From Phycisphaerae bacterium (GTDB lineage: Bacteria; Planctomycetota; Phycisphaerae; UBA1845), in the NCBI GenBank assembly GCA_963666835.2, contig CAXXGO010000001.1, positions 288,001 to 352,000 on the forward strand: a stretch of 64,000 nt of DNA. The letters are read 5' to 3'. The position numbers and the translations under genes are program-made. Positions 40,108-50,437 of the stretch are shown here, piece by piece. The notes beneath the pieces were generated by a model. It did no database searches. It had not been told where the DNA came from and saw only the letters and a list, made by a program, of their open reading frames with translations. Within the stretch, counting starts at the first letter, position 1, and the number at the start of each line of letters is the position of its first letter.

Positions 40108-41145
40108 ATGCCATCGCCGTCCGTCACGGTTATTATTCCGACCCACAACGCGGCGACCACCGTTGCCGCTTGTATCCGTTCGGCGCTATCCGCCGAATAT
40201 GACGGGCCGCGCGAGATTATCGTGGTGGACGACGCCTCTACGGACTCTACTTGTGCCATCGTCGAGTCTCTGGATTGCCGTCTTATTCGTAAAGAACAGA
40301 ACCACGGTCCGGCCGTCGCACGTAACGCTGGAGCGAAAGCGGCGAGCGGCGAAGTGTTGATCTTCATCGACTCCGATACCGAGATGCGCCCTGACGCCAT
40401 TCACGAGGCGGTCGAGGCGTTGTACGAAGACGGGGTCCACGCGGTAACCGGCATGTATGAGCCGGAGCCGCTAAACTCCGGGTTCTTCCCCGCATATTAC
40501 TCGTATCTTAAGTACCACGCCTTCACGGCCAACCCCGTTCGCCGTATCCAGGCGTTTGGTGCCCAATGCGCAGCGATTCGCAAGAGCACGTTCGAGCAAG
40601 TCGGTGGGTTCCGGCCGTTCCCCTGGGGGGTGGACATCGAAAATGACGAATTGGGCTTTCGGATCAACCGCCACGGCCCGGTCGTTCTGGCACGCAAGTT
40701 CAGGGTGGGCCACAACTTCCCCGAGTTCCGCAAGCTGCTCCGCGTTTTCACCGGTCGCGTCTACTGGTACATACTGTTCATTCATCAGTGCCGTAAGGCG
40801 GAAACGGTCTTGATGACCCGGGGACTGGGGACGGCTACGGCGGCGTTTCCGGCCGCGGGGTTGGCACTGCTATTGATGTTAGTGCTACCCGCTGATCCGG
40901 CGCGCGCGCTTCTGATGGCCTTAGCCGGGCTGGGGTTGGCTGTTTTCGCTTGGGGATACTGGGGTCTCTGGCGACTGTGTCGGAAGCGGCGTGGGTGGGG
41001 TTTCGCATTGGCTGCGGCCGGGGCGAGCGCCTTTTTCTCCGTAGTAATATCGGCTTCCGCCGCGTGGGCTCATCTGACGATTGCGTGGTCTCGATTGCGG
41101 CGAGACAAAGCACCGTTAGTCCAACCGGCGATGGAGCAGGCATGA
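40108..41145 (+). CDS. GT2 glycosyltransferase with C-terminal TM helices
   Basis: VTVIIPTHN, VVDDAS, GPAVARN, FIDSD. Confidence 0.92.
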   Translation: MPSPSVTVIIPTHNAATTVAACIRSALSAEYDGPREIIVVDDASTDSTCAIVESLDCRLIRKEQNHGPAVARNAGAKAASGEVLIFIDSDTEMRPDAIHEAVEALYEDGVHAVTGMYEPEPLNSGFFPAYYSYLKYHAFTANPVRRIQAFGAQCAAIRKSTFEQVGGFRPFPWGVDIENDELGFRINRHGPVVLARKFRVGHNFPEFRKLLRVFTGRVYWYILFIHQCRKAETVLMTRGLGTATAAFPAAGLALLLMLVLPADPARALLMALAGLGLAVFAWGYWGLWRLCRKRRGWGFALAAAGASAFFSVVISASAAWAHLTIAWSRLRRDKAPLVQPAMEQA

Positions 41146-42311
41146 TGCCGGCAACGCTAAGACGACAGGCTCGAACTCTGTGGACGCTGTACACGTCTCG
41201 AACGCCGGTCTACGTGATTCTATATCTTACGTCGCGATGCAACTTCCGTTGCCCGATGTGTTTCTATCTGGACGAAATCGCCGATCCCGAGAAGGAGGAG
41301 ATGGCGCTTCCGGAAATGGAGAAAATGTCCCGGAGTCTGGGACGTCTCATCCAGCTCTCGCTGACCGGGGGTGAACCTTTTCTTCGAACCGACATTCCCG
41401 AGATTGTCGATATCTTTGCCCGCAACAACCGGGTCCAATACGTAACGATCCCAACCAACGGTTCCCTCACGGAACGAATCGCCGCTACGGTAGAGCGCGT
41501 GACCCGCGACCATCCCGAGATCAGCTTCCGAATCGCTCTGTCCTTAGACGGTTTTCCGGAAGACCACGACAAGATCCGCGGCGGAAACAGCTTCGAGAAG
41601 ATCGAGGCAACTCTGACAGTTCTGGAGGGAATCCGCAGCCGAGTGGATAACCTCGTCATCGACGTCAACACGTGCTATTCCTCGCTGAACGACGGCAACG
41701 TCGATGGGCTGGTCGATTTCGTAGCCGATCGCTTCAACGTAGACAATCACACGGTTACGTATGTCCGGGGAAACGCCTCTGACACAACCAAGGACGTTAC
41801 GGTTAGCGGGTATATGCGGTTGGTGGACGACATTCGGCGCCGGCGGGCGCCTCGTGAATCGCGCCCGTTCTCCAGTCTGCTCCGCGCGGTAATGGATTAT
41901 CAACGAGATATCATCCAGCGGACTCTCGCCACCGACCGGATGCAGGTGCCGTGCGTCGCCGGGCGAAAGATGCTCGTCGTAACGGAGAAGGCCGAGGTAC
42001 TGCCGTGCGAGATTCTCAACCGGTCCCTGGGTAATCTCAAAGAGTGCGACCATCACGTGCCGACCCTGCTGCGCACCGCGCGCTCCCGAAAGACCGTCGA
42101 CTGGATTCGCCGGACGAAGTGTCATTGCACGTTCGAATGCGCCTTGGCCACCAGTATTATCTACCATTGGCCCAGCTACCCGCGACTTTTCTGGCGTGCG
42201 TTCAAGGAATGGTGGCGGTCGCGCCGCGGCTTGTCCGCAGCGGCAAAAGCCGGACAGCACGAGCCGGCTTGTTCGCCTTCCGCAATCAACCCGGTGGAGG
42301 CCTCGGCATGA
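41142..42311 (+). CDS. Radical SAM protein with SPASM/Twitch-like Cys motifs
   Basis: CNFRCPMC, TGGEPF, TNG, C-terminal CVAG..PCE..CHCTFEC; ATGA overlap. Confidence 0.92.
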   Translation: MMPATLRRQARTLWTLYTSRTPVYVILYLTSRCNFRCPMCFYLDEIADPEKEEMALPEMEKMSRSLGRLIQLSLTGGEPFLRTDIPEIVDIFARNNRVQYVTIPTNGSLTERIAATVERVTRDHPEISFRIALSLDGFPEDHDKIRGGNSFEKIEATLTVLEGIRSRVDNLVIDVNTCYSSLNDGNVDGLVDFVADRFNVDNHTVTYVRGNASDTTKDVTVSGYMRLVDDIRRRRAPRESRPFSSLLRAVMDYQRDIIQRTLATDRMQVPCVAGRKMLVVTEKAEVLPCEILNRSLGNLKECDHHVPTLLRTARSRKTVDWIRRTKCHCTFECALATSIIYHWPSYPRLFWRAFKEWWRSRRGLSAAAKAGQHEPACSPSAINPVEASA

Positions 42312-43786
42312 ACATCCTCTATGTCATCCGAGACATGTCATTCATCGAGCCCCTCGGAGTGATGTCGTTATCCGCGATCTCCCGCGCCGACGGCCACAAG
42401 AGTGCTCTGGGAATCATCAACGAGCAAGACGTAATCGCCAAGATCGAACGATCGAGACCGGATCTCGTCTGCCTCAGTGTGATGTCCGTGGACGCCAAGG
42501 TCTTTGGGAAACTCGCCGGCGAACTCCGGGCGAGGTTTCCCGATATCCGTATTGTGGCCGGCGGACCCCACGCGACTTTTGAGCGCGAGGCCATGAGAAC
42601 CTGGCCGGTCGACGCGGTAGTGCAGGGGGAGGCCGATTGGGCCTTTCGCGACCTGATCCGCGCAATCGATGCCGACGAGCCGTTCGATCACCTCGACAAC
42701 ATCAGCACGATCGATACGGCCAATTCTATGCGGCGGTTGATTGAACCTCTGGATGACTTGCCGCACCCCGATCGAGCGTTGGCGTATCTGCCCGGGGGGC
42801 ATTTAGCCGACTTGAACGTGAAATCGTTCATGGCCAGCCGAGGGTGCGCGTTTCGGTGTGCCTATTGCTTCAACAGCAAGTACAACGAACTGTACCACGG
42901 GAACGGTACGACCGTGCGGCGTTTCAGTGTGGACTACGTTATCGAGGAAATCGAGCAAGTTCGCGCCGACTACCGGCTGACGTTTGTGCGGTTCGGCGAT
43001 GACATGTTCGCGTATCGCGCCGACGACTGGCTGTTGGAGTTTGCGGAGAAGTACCCGCGCCGAATCGGGCTGCCGTTCTATTGCCTGATCCGGCCGGACG
43101 TGCTTAAACCGGAACTGGTCGCGGTCTTGCGTCGAGCTGGGTGCCATTCGCTGGCACTGTCCATAGAGGCCGGCAACCCGCAATTGCGCCGGGAGGTCCT
43201 CCAACGACGAATGAGCGACGAAGCCATCACGGAGGCCTTCGAGAACATCCACCGAGCCGGCATCCACGTTTACGCCAACGCCATGTTCGGTTTGCCGGGA
43301 GGTACGATTGACGACGACATCCGGACCGTAGAGCTGGCCGCCCGCTACCGGCCCGCGTACCCGAGTTTCACCGTGCTGACTCCTTTTCGCGGTACTCTGC
43401 TTGGCGAACAGTGCGCCGAGCGCGGACTGATCGACGGCGAGTATCCCGAACGTACCACGGACCGATCGATCCTCAACTGTTTTAGCGAGAAGGAAAAAGA
43501 CGTTCAGGTCAACCTGGTTCACCTCGGCATCTTCGCAGTACGATTCCCCATTCTTCGAAATCTGATCCTGAAACGCCTGATCTTCTGGAAACCGAACCAG
43601 GTCTTCTTCGCAGCGTGGTATCTGATGAAGAACTACGTATCGGCCAAGTACATCTGGCCGATACGCGCCGGCGTGTTCGCCAAGGCGCGTTTGGCTTTGC
43701 GGGCTCTAGCGTTTGAATTCTCCGGTCGAATCAGCTTTAGGGCTCTGCTATCCGGAAGACGGCGAAGCGTAACCGCCAAGACCTAG
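42308..43786 (+). CDS. Cobalamin-binding radical SAM protein
   Basis: EPLG, GGPHAT, GEAD, SRGCAFRCAYC, DDMF, FGLPG; ATGA overlap. Confidence 0.92.
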   Translation: MNILYVIRDMSFIEPLGVMSLSAISRADGHKSALGIINEQDVIAKIERSRPDLVCLSVMSVDAKVFGKLAGELRARFPDIRIVAGGPHATFEREAMRTWPVDAVVQGEADWAFRDLIRAIDADEPFDHLDNISTIDTANSMRRLIEPLDDLPHPDRALAYLPGGHLADLNVKSFMASRGCAFRCAYCFNSKYNELYHGNGTTVRRFSVDYVIEEIEQVRADYRLTFVRFGDDMFAYRADDWLLEFAEKYPRRIGLPFYCLIRPDVLKPELVAVLRRAGCHSLALSIEAGNPQLRREVLQRRMSDEAITEAFENIHRAGIHVYANAMFGLPGGTIDDDIRTVELAARYRPAYPSFTVLTPFRGTLLGEQCAERGLIDGEYPERTTDRSILNCFSEKEKDVQVNLVHLGIFAVRFPILRNLILKRLIFWKPNQVFFAAWYLMKNYVSAKYIWPIRAGVFAKARLALRALAFEFSGRISFRALLSGRRRSVTAKT

Positions 43787-43885
43787 CTCGGGTTATTCGC
43801 GACGTCCGCCCAAATGCGCGTAACTTACCATAGCGTCCCCACCCATAGGTGCCGTAATGCTGGCGCAGACAAGTAGGTCCGGCTC
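43784..43885. mobile_element. Short MITE-like copy
   Basis: TAGCTCGGGTTATTCGCG..AATGCGCGTAACTTAC matches the 31213 and 58596 elements. Confidence 0.6.
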
Positions 43886-43949
43886 AGCCCGATGGTACTC
43901 ACCTTGGCAGACGAGAAGAGCGCGTCCTCTCTGATATGCGGACTGCGTG

Positions 43950-44280
43950 CCGTCTGAGTACGCCAACGGCGTTTCGTCCTCCAGCCCAGGGTTGCCACGC
44001 AGCGGCTACCCAGGGATCATGGTTAGATCGCAGATCAACGGGGTTGCGGCGTGCTGGCGAGACCTCCGAAGCCGATTGCCGTCCGCGGTCTGTAGCCTTC
44101 GGGCAATTCCTAAAAAACGTCCGCCGGCCCTTCGGGCGGAACGGGGGCGCGTGGGGAGCGAATCGCACCCACGGCTCCGCTTCGCCCCACCCGTGGCCTC
44201 GTCCCTTCGGGTGGATTACCGCACGACCGCCGGACAAGGCTAGTGCCATCGGGCAGAGCCCGGCCTACCGTACTTTGCCT
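43950..44280. repeat. REP-like palindromic cluster
   Basis: AACGGCGTT, CCCAGGGT hairpin, CCCACGG..CCGTGG, GCCCTTCGGGC. Confidence 0.65.
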
Positions 44281-44457
44281 ACGCGCTCCGGCGGGATCGA
44301 ACCGGACGCGGGCAAGCCGCGGACCATACCTGCGGGAAAATACGAATGCCCGGCGCATGACAAGGGCCGGCCCTTCCCGGCCGGCCCTATCCACTTACTT
44401 CCCGTCGTCTTTCCCCGCCCAACTGATAGGCGCACCTTTTGTGCGCGGTACTTCGTC

Positions 44458-44832
44458 TTACGCCGCAGCCTGCTGCTTCGGCAGGTTCTGCTTGGCCAGC
44501 TCGACCACCACGTCAAAGTCCGCCGGAGCCGAGATCGCCATCTCGCTCAGCACCTTGCGGTTGAGCTCCACGTTGGCGGCATTCAACCCGAAGATGAACC
44601 GGCTGTAGCTGATTCCGCGAGCCCGGCACGCGGCCGTCAGACGCGTAACCCACAGCGCCCGGAAATCGCGTTTACGCCTGCGCCGATCACGAAAAGCCAT
44701 TGAAGCCGCCCGGACGACCTCTTCCTTCATCAGCCGCCAACGTCTTCCCGGCGCGCCCCGATAGCCCTTCACCAGCTTGCGAACACGCTTCTTCTTACGG
44801 TTTCGAGCAGCGCCGTAGCTCACTCTTCCCAT
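44458..44832 (-). CDS. rplT: 50S ribosomal protein L20
   Basis: KGYRG, RDRRRRKRDFRALW, YSRFI, LNRKVLSEMA. Confidence 0.97.
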   Translation of the reverse strand: MGRVSYGAARNRKKKRVRKLVKGYRGAPGRRWRLMKEEVVRAASMAFRDRRRRKRDFRALWVTRLTAACRARGISYSRFIFGLNAANVELNRKVLSEMAISAPADFDVVVELAKQNLPKQQAAA

Positions 44833-44901
44833 AGCTGTCGACTCCTCGAATCGAACCCGGCCGCGGATCGCCCGCCGCCCGAGCCCATGCTTGCCACTGC
44901 T

Positions 44902-45099
44902 CTAGCCTTCGCCAAGCAAGATCTTCATGTACTTCTGCACCGCGCCCTTCAGGATCGCCGGTCGGCGCATCGCCCGGCAATGATCACCGGTCTTCCAGCT
45001 CATTAGATGGCCGGAATTGGCCCGCTTATACCGCACTTTGCCCGTGGCGGTGACCTTCACGCGCTTCTTGAGGCCTTTGTGCGTCTTCATCTTCGGCAT
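44902..45099 (-). CDS. rpmI: 50S ribosomal protein L35
   Basis: MPKMKTHKGLKKRVKVTATGK..HLM. Confidence 0.96.
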   Translation of the reverse strand: MPKMKTHKGLKKRVKVTATGKVRYKRANSGHLMSWKTGDHCRAMRRPAILKGAVQKYMKILLGEG

Positions 45100-45144
45100 A
45101 ACTAAACCGCCTTCCCTCACATCACGGAATCACAAGAGCCCTGC

Positions 45145-45172
45145 ATTATATGGCCGGCTCGATCACATGCAA
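45145..45172 (-). promoter_or_regulatory. Sigma70 promoter of rpmI-rplT
   Basis: TTGCAT-N16-TATAAT. Confidence 0.6.
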
Positions 45173-45249
45173 CCGCACCGCTCGACGTTTTGCCCGTTCC
45201 TTCGCCCGAGCCCGCGCCCGACGAAGCGGGTTATTTATCGGACGTTACA

Positions 45250-46800
45250 ACCGCCGGGTGCCATGGCCCACGCTTGCGTGGCCATGAGGCCCTGTAGGGT
45301 CGGCTTCGCACAAGCGCATCAACCTCATCACGCGGGGTGACGGGCGGCAGAGTGTAGGGCATGGTCGAGGTACGAGACCTGCCGCCGGGTGCCATGGCCC
45401 ACGCTTGCGTGGCCATGAAGGTCCGCAGTCCCGTAGGGCATGGTCGAGGTACGAGACCTGCCGTGATTGTCGATGCGTGATCGCCGCGCTGATAGGGCAC
45501 CGCAGGCAGGTGTAGGGCATGGTCGAGGTACGAGACCTGCCGTGGTCTTCGCGTCCCGCGCGACGTGCGCCATCGTGGCAGGTCTCGTTCCTCGACCGTG
45601 CCCTACAGGGGGTGACAACCGGGTGGCATGGGTCAACTTGTTGACCCGTGCAGCTTGGCGAGCCGCAGGCATCACGGGCAAGCTGGAACGGTCCATGACC
45701 CTAACGCGAGATTGAGTGACGACCGGTACTTCGCTGCGCAAATCGGCGACGCTTGCCCATGCCACCCAGGACGGCAGGTCTCGTGCCTCGACCGTGCCCT
45801 ACGAGGTCTTCGCGCGATGTGCGTCATCGTTGCAGATCTCGTGGCTCGACTGTGCCGTGAGTCAAGCCCCTTGGGGCGACAGGTCCTGTAGCCCCACGGC
45901 GTAAGCCTGGGGAAACCGTGCGGTTACTTCGCGCCAAGCCCCTTGCGGACGGCAGAAGACATCGAGGTTTGGATCGGATGCCGATGATTCAACATCGCAA
46001 GGGAAGCACGTTGGTGAGCGCGCGGACCTCTTCGATCATCAAAGTGCCGCCCCTGGCGGGGCTGGGGTTGACGTGCGATTCGATCCCGCGGCTCACGCCG
46101 CGGGCTTGGCAGAGCTGTCGCCCTGACGGGCTAATCCTGCGAAACACCCGGGTGGCACATATTTGTACGACTCGAACTACTGCGGCCTTGATGGCAGGTC
46201 TCGTTCCTCGACCGTGCCCTACGTGGTCTTCGCGCGACGTGCGCCATTGCGGCAGGTCTCGTTCCTCGACCGTGCCCTACGTGGTCTTCGCACGATGCCT
46301 GATCATCGGCTCGCCCATGTCCGGCGGGAACGACCCTGAACGGGCCGCGGAGGTTCGCAGCATACGGCAAGGACAAAAGGACGCCCGGCCTGAATCGCTT
46401 GCGTATCGAAAGCCTGACGGTCCGCACAGCGAACCCTTGGCCAAATTCGGCGGGTCGCTTACGCTCGCCGTACCGATTGGGCCGGGTCGCTTACGCGCGC
46501 CGTACCGATAGGGCACCGCACGCGGGTGTAGGGCATGGTCGAGGTACGAGACCTGCCGCGATTGTCGACGCGTGATCGCCGCGCTGATAGGGCACCGCAG
46601 GCAGGTGTAGGGCAGCGTCGAGGTACGAGACCTGCCGCGATTGTCGATGCCTGATCATCGGCTCCCCCACGTCCGGCGGGAACGGCCTTGAACGGGCCGC
46701 GGAGGTTCGCAGCACACGGCAAAGACAAAAGGACGTGGGCCATTCGGTCGCGTATCGGTCATGGACGGGTCGCTTACGCTCGCCGTACCGATGGCCGGCG
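45250..46800. repeat. 1.5-kb mosaic REP/REPIN cluster
   Basis: 30-mers at 45354, 45433, 45512, 45577, 45773, 46193, 46251, 46528, 46607; REPIN-like element 45865-46132; other hairpin families. Confidence 0.9.
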
Positions 46801-46890
46801 GGGCGCTAGTGCTGCCCGGCCCCCTGAGATACGCTACCCCGAGCGGGCACGCCGGCCGGGGATGCAAGGGCGACCAGGGAAGGGTCCAAC

Positions 46891-48636
46891 ATGGCAATCG
46901 GGCAGATCAAGACCGCCGCCAAACGCCGCGGATCGGGAGATACGTTGTTCTGGATCGTCCTTGTCCTGGTCCTTGCGGGCGCGGCGGCCGTCCGCTTCCC
47001 GGGGCTCAACGCTCGTGAACTCTGGTTCGACGAGAACTGCACCTTCTACATCGTCCACAATCTGTACGATTGGCCCGCCGACGGGCCGGATCAATGGCGC
47101 GAGGTCGCCCACCTCCCCTACTTCGCAGCCCTGCACGCCTGGACCCGCCTGGCCGGTGAGACCATCTGGGGGATGCGGAGCTTCTCGGCGCTGGTCGGCT
47201 GCATCGGTGTGGCTGCTCTGGGCCTGGTCGGGCGCCGGATTGCCGGAACGGGCGTGGGGCTTGCCGTCGCCGCCTTGGCTGCATGCAGTCCGATCCACGT
47301 CCACTACAGTCAAGAAGCCCGCGGGTACACGTTCTGGCTGCTGCTCGTGACGGTGGGCGTGTATCTCATCTGCCGGGCGGCTCAGACCATGCGGGCGCGC
47401 TGGTGGACAGCCTACGCCGGATGCGTTTGGGTTACGGTGCTCACGCACTACTTCGCAATCCTCTGGCCCATAGGAACGCTGGCGGGAGCATGGCTTGCCT
47501 GCGATCGCCGGCGGTTCCTGCGGCAGTGGGTCGTTACTCACGTCGTGCTGGGTATCGCCCTTGCCCCGGTGGTCTTGCTGTTGGTCTTACCCCTAGCCGA
47601 CGGAGGCTCGAAGCCCTGGTTTCGTGAGGTTTGGGCCGGATACCCACCGGCGCTGGCCGTGTTGAAGTCCCTGTGGGCGATGCTGCCGTCGGGCGGCTAT
47701 CCGGATTACCTGGGTGCCGTTGCCACAGGCGCCGACGCCGCCGCGGCCCGACTCGGCCCGGGCTGGAAGTTCGCCGCACTTTGGGGCTCGGTCATCGTTG
47801 TCGCCGCGATGGCTCTGATGGTGGCATCCACCCGCGACCGTCACAGCTCGAATACCGACGCGAGCGACTCCGACGCCTCTTTGAGTCGCCGCGGATTGCT
47901 CGCGGTTATGATTAGTCTGTCGGTTGTGTACTTGCTGGCGTCGCTGCTGCACTCATGTCTGTTTGAACCGACTTACGTGGTCGGGCGGTACGATCTGGCG
48001 GCGTGGCCGTCATTGGTCCTAGCCGTGGCTTTGCTGATCGAGGCAACTTCAGCGCGCATCGCCCGATCGCGTCTCGGACGCTGCTCGATCGGCGTTGCCT
48101 TTACCGCGTTGCTGGGCGGCTGTGGGGCGATCACGTTATACGGGGCGCAATTAGCCCCGGTCTCCAACCCCCTGACCGATCGAGCTCGACAGATTGCCGG
48201 GTTCGTGGCACCGAAGGATCTGGTAATCAGCCTGGGCAAATACAAACTCTTTGTGACGTACGAATGGCACCGTATCGGGTTCTCGGCGGAGGTGATTTCG
48301 TTCCCCACCTGCCACGACCGCCAGCTCTGCTGGGACGACGCCGACGCCGAGTTGGCCGACCCGGAGACGCTCCATCGAGATGCCGTCGCCGTGACCGCCC
48401 GGGTGGACGAGGCTTTGGCCGCCGGGCGGGACGTTTGGCTCCTCGCCCACGGCAAACCGGCCGGGGCCCGTTGGGAGGTCGATCGGCAGCTCTTCGCCCA
48501 CTTCGCCAAGCAGGGACTCAGCGTGATCCCTCTCGACGACAAGCTGGGTTTGGCGGCGATCGTGCGCATCGTGGTCGCGCCAACCCGGGATCAAGATCAA
48601 ACGGAGGTTTCGCCCACCGTTTCGAGGACCCGATGA
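46891..48636 (+). CDS. GT39/PMT-like (GT-C) membrane glycosyltransferase
   Basis: LWFDE, HLPYF, YSQEARGY, THYF, GRYD. Confidence 0.87.
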   Translation: MAIGQIKTAAKRRGSGDTLFWIVLVLVLAGAAAVRFPGLNARELWFDENCTFYIVHNLYDWPADGPDQWREVAHLPYFAALHAWTRLAGETIWGMRSFSALVGCIGVAALGLVGRRIAGTGVGLAVAALAACSPIHVHYSQEARGYTFWLLLVTVGVYLICRAAQTMRARWWTAYAGCVWVTVLTHYFAILWPIGTLAGAWLACDRRRFLRQWVVTHVVLGIALAPVVLLLVLPLADGGSKPWFREVWAGYPPALAVLKSLWAMLPSGGYPDYLGAVATGADAAAARLGPGWKFAALWGSVIVVAAMALMVASTRDRHSSNTDASDSDASLSRRGLLAVMISLSVVYLLASLLHSCLFEPTYVVGRYDLAAWPSLVLAVALLIEATSARIARSRLGRCSIGVAFTALLGGCGAITLYGAQLAPVSNPLTDRARQIAGFVAPKDLVISLGKYKLFVTYEWHRIGFSAEVISFPTCHDRQLCWDDADAELADPETLHRDAVAVTARVDEALAAGRDVWLLAHGKPAGARWEVDRQLFAHFAKQGLSVIPLDDKLGLAAIVRIVVAPTRDQDQTEVSPTVSRTR

Positions 48637-48871
48637 TCTGCCGGGCTTCGAGTTGCCAAACACTGGCCTGCCGGCGAGAAAACTGCGAAAATACCGTGCA
48701 GGGCTCGCTCTCGCGGCGATGTCCTCCTCAGGGATCCGGTATTTGAAAAAGGGGACTGGCTCCGAGTTGATTCCCACTTACGGTGTCAAGCGACGCCCTC
48801 GGCGAGGTGCCTGTACCCTTTGTCAACGGACTGTCAGGGATCCGGGGTCTGATGGACTTGGAGAGCCCGAC

Positions 48872-49657
48872 GTGTGGCCGATTCTCAACGGGACGGTTGT
48901 TAATACGTTTACGGTGCTGATAGGCAGCCTGGTTGGCTTGGCAGTATCGGCCAAGCTTCCCGAGCGATACCGCCTGATCGTCCTCAACTCGTTGGGGTTG
49001 GTAACGATCGCCCTGGGCATCGATGCGGCCGTGCTGCGGTTCGCCGATACGGTCGAGATGTTCGCCCCTCTCGTCCCGGACGGGAAGACGTACGGAGCCC
49101 GAGTGGCGATGGTGATGATCGGCTCGCTGATCATCGGCGCGATCATCGGGACCGCCCTGCGGATCCATGAGGGAATCGAGTCACTGGGCGCGTGGATCCA
49201 CGGGCGCTTCTCCGGACAGAACGGAGCGACGTTTGCCGAGGGCTTCCTCACGGCCAGTGTTATCTTCTGTGTAGGCCCCCTCACGCTGGTTGGTTGTCTT
49301 CAGAATGGCGCTTACGGCGACCCAAGTTACCTCTATATCAAGGCGCTGCTGGACGGCTTTTGCTCGATCGCTCTGGCTTCGGCGTTCGGGTGGGGAGTGT
49401 TCGCGAGCATTCTGACCGTATTCGGGTTTCAGGCGGCTTTGGCGATGCTCGCCTGGTGGGCGGCCGAGCCTCTGGATGATTTGTCTATCGGTCTGATGAC
49501 TGCGGTCGGCGGCGTGGTACTGCTGGCCACCGCGCTGATGATTCTGGAGATCAAGAAGATTCCGGCCGCAAACCTGCTACCGGGAGTGTTTCTGCCGCCG
49601 CTGGTCGTGTGGATTGTTGAGCTGGTTTCTCCGGGGACCCTGTTGCCGGTTGGGTGA
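48872..49657 (+). CDS. DUF554 family membrane protein
   Basis: GTVVN..VLIG, EGFLTASVIFCVGPLT, KALLDG, ANLLP. Confidence 0.9.
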   Translation: MWPILNGTVVNTFTVLIGSLVGLAVSAKLPERYRLIVLNSLGLVTIALGIDAAVLRFADTVEMFAPLVPDGKTYGARVAMVMIGSLIIGAIIGTALRIHEGIESLGAWIHGRFSGQNGATFAEGFLTASVIFCVGPLTLVGCLQNGAYGDPSYLYIKALLDGFCSIALASAFGWGVFASILTVFGFQAALAMLAWWAAEPLDDLSIGLMTAVGGVVLLATALMILEIKKIPAANLLPGVFLPPLVVWIVELVSPGTLLPVG

Positions 49658-50427
49658 CGGTTCCGGCAGCGCACCGAGGGACGATGAACGAGTCGCTTGA
49701 CGGTAGTGAGTCAATCTCAAGCGCGCAGGATGAAGCGGACGGTCCCCCGGGGATGCCGCCCGAGACTCCTTGCCCTTACCTGCCGGATCGCAAGTTCCGG
49801 GGCGAGGCTTACACGGTCGAGGGGATAGACTCCGAGACCTACGAGCTGCTGATCGGACACGGGTTCAGGCGTTGCGGGCAATTCATCTACCGCCCGCGGT
49901 GCAACGGGTGCCGCGAGTGCCGGCAACTTCGCGTACCGGTGTGGCGCTTCCGCCCGACGCGCTCCATGCGGCGGATCCAACGCCGCAACGCCGACCTTCA
50001 CGTCGAAATCGCCGAGGCCACGCCAACGCCCGATAAGTTCGAGATGTACCTGCGATACCTCAACGCCCGGCATGACGAGACTATGGCTCGGACGTACGAG
50101 TCCTTCGTCGACTTTCTCTATGGGTCTCCGATCGACACTCGCGAAATCCGGTATCATGTGGGCCGCCGGTTGGCCGGGGTAAGCATCGCGGACTGGTGCC
50201 CGGACGGACTAAGCAGCGTTTATATGTACTTCGAGCCCGACTTCAGCGACCGAAGCCTCGGTACGATGTCCGTTCTCTGGGAGATCGATTACTGTCGCCG
50301 CGAGGGGTTGTCGTACTACTACCTGGGTTTCTTCGTTCCAGGCGGAGCGGCAATGGAATACAAAGCGCGCTTTCGCCCGAACGAGGTTCTGGTTGGTAGC
50401 GAGCACTGGATGACTCTCCGGGAGTAG
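49654..50427 (+). CDS. ate: Arginyl-tRNA--protein transferase family (Ate/Bpt)
   Basis: CPYLP, GFRRCG..YRPRC..CREC, LSSVY, SLGT, YYYLG, YKARFRP. Confidence 0.9.
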   Translation: MTVPAAHRGTMNESLDGSESISSAQDEADGPPGMPPETPCPYLPDRKFRGEAYTVEGIDSETYELLIGHGFRRCGQFIYRPRCNGCRECRQLRVPVWRFRPTRSMRRIQRRNADLHVEIAEATPTPDKFEMYLRYLNARHDETMARTYESFVDFLYGSPIDTREIRYHVGRRLAGVSIADWCPDGLSSVYMYFEPDFSDRSLGTMSVLWEIDYCRREGLSYYYLGFFVPGGAAMEYKARFRPNEVLVGSEHWMTLRE

Positions 50428-50437
50428 AATACCGAAC

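Noticed and set aside
41142..43786. RiPP biosynthetic cluster
   Set aside because: No precursor peptide, RRE domain, protease or exporter; context is glycosyltransferases
45100..45250. infC or L20 leader RNA upstream of rpmI
   Set aside because: No infC ORF; a promoter lies about 45 nt upstream and no leader structure is recognisable
45354..45541. CRISPR array (30-bp repeats with ~49-bp spacers; also 11544-11729)
   Set aside because: Only 2-3 repeats per run, both orientations, dispersed copies, reused spacers, no cas genes or leader; fits REPs
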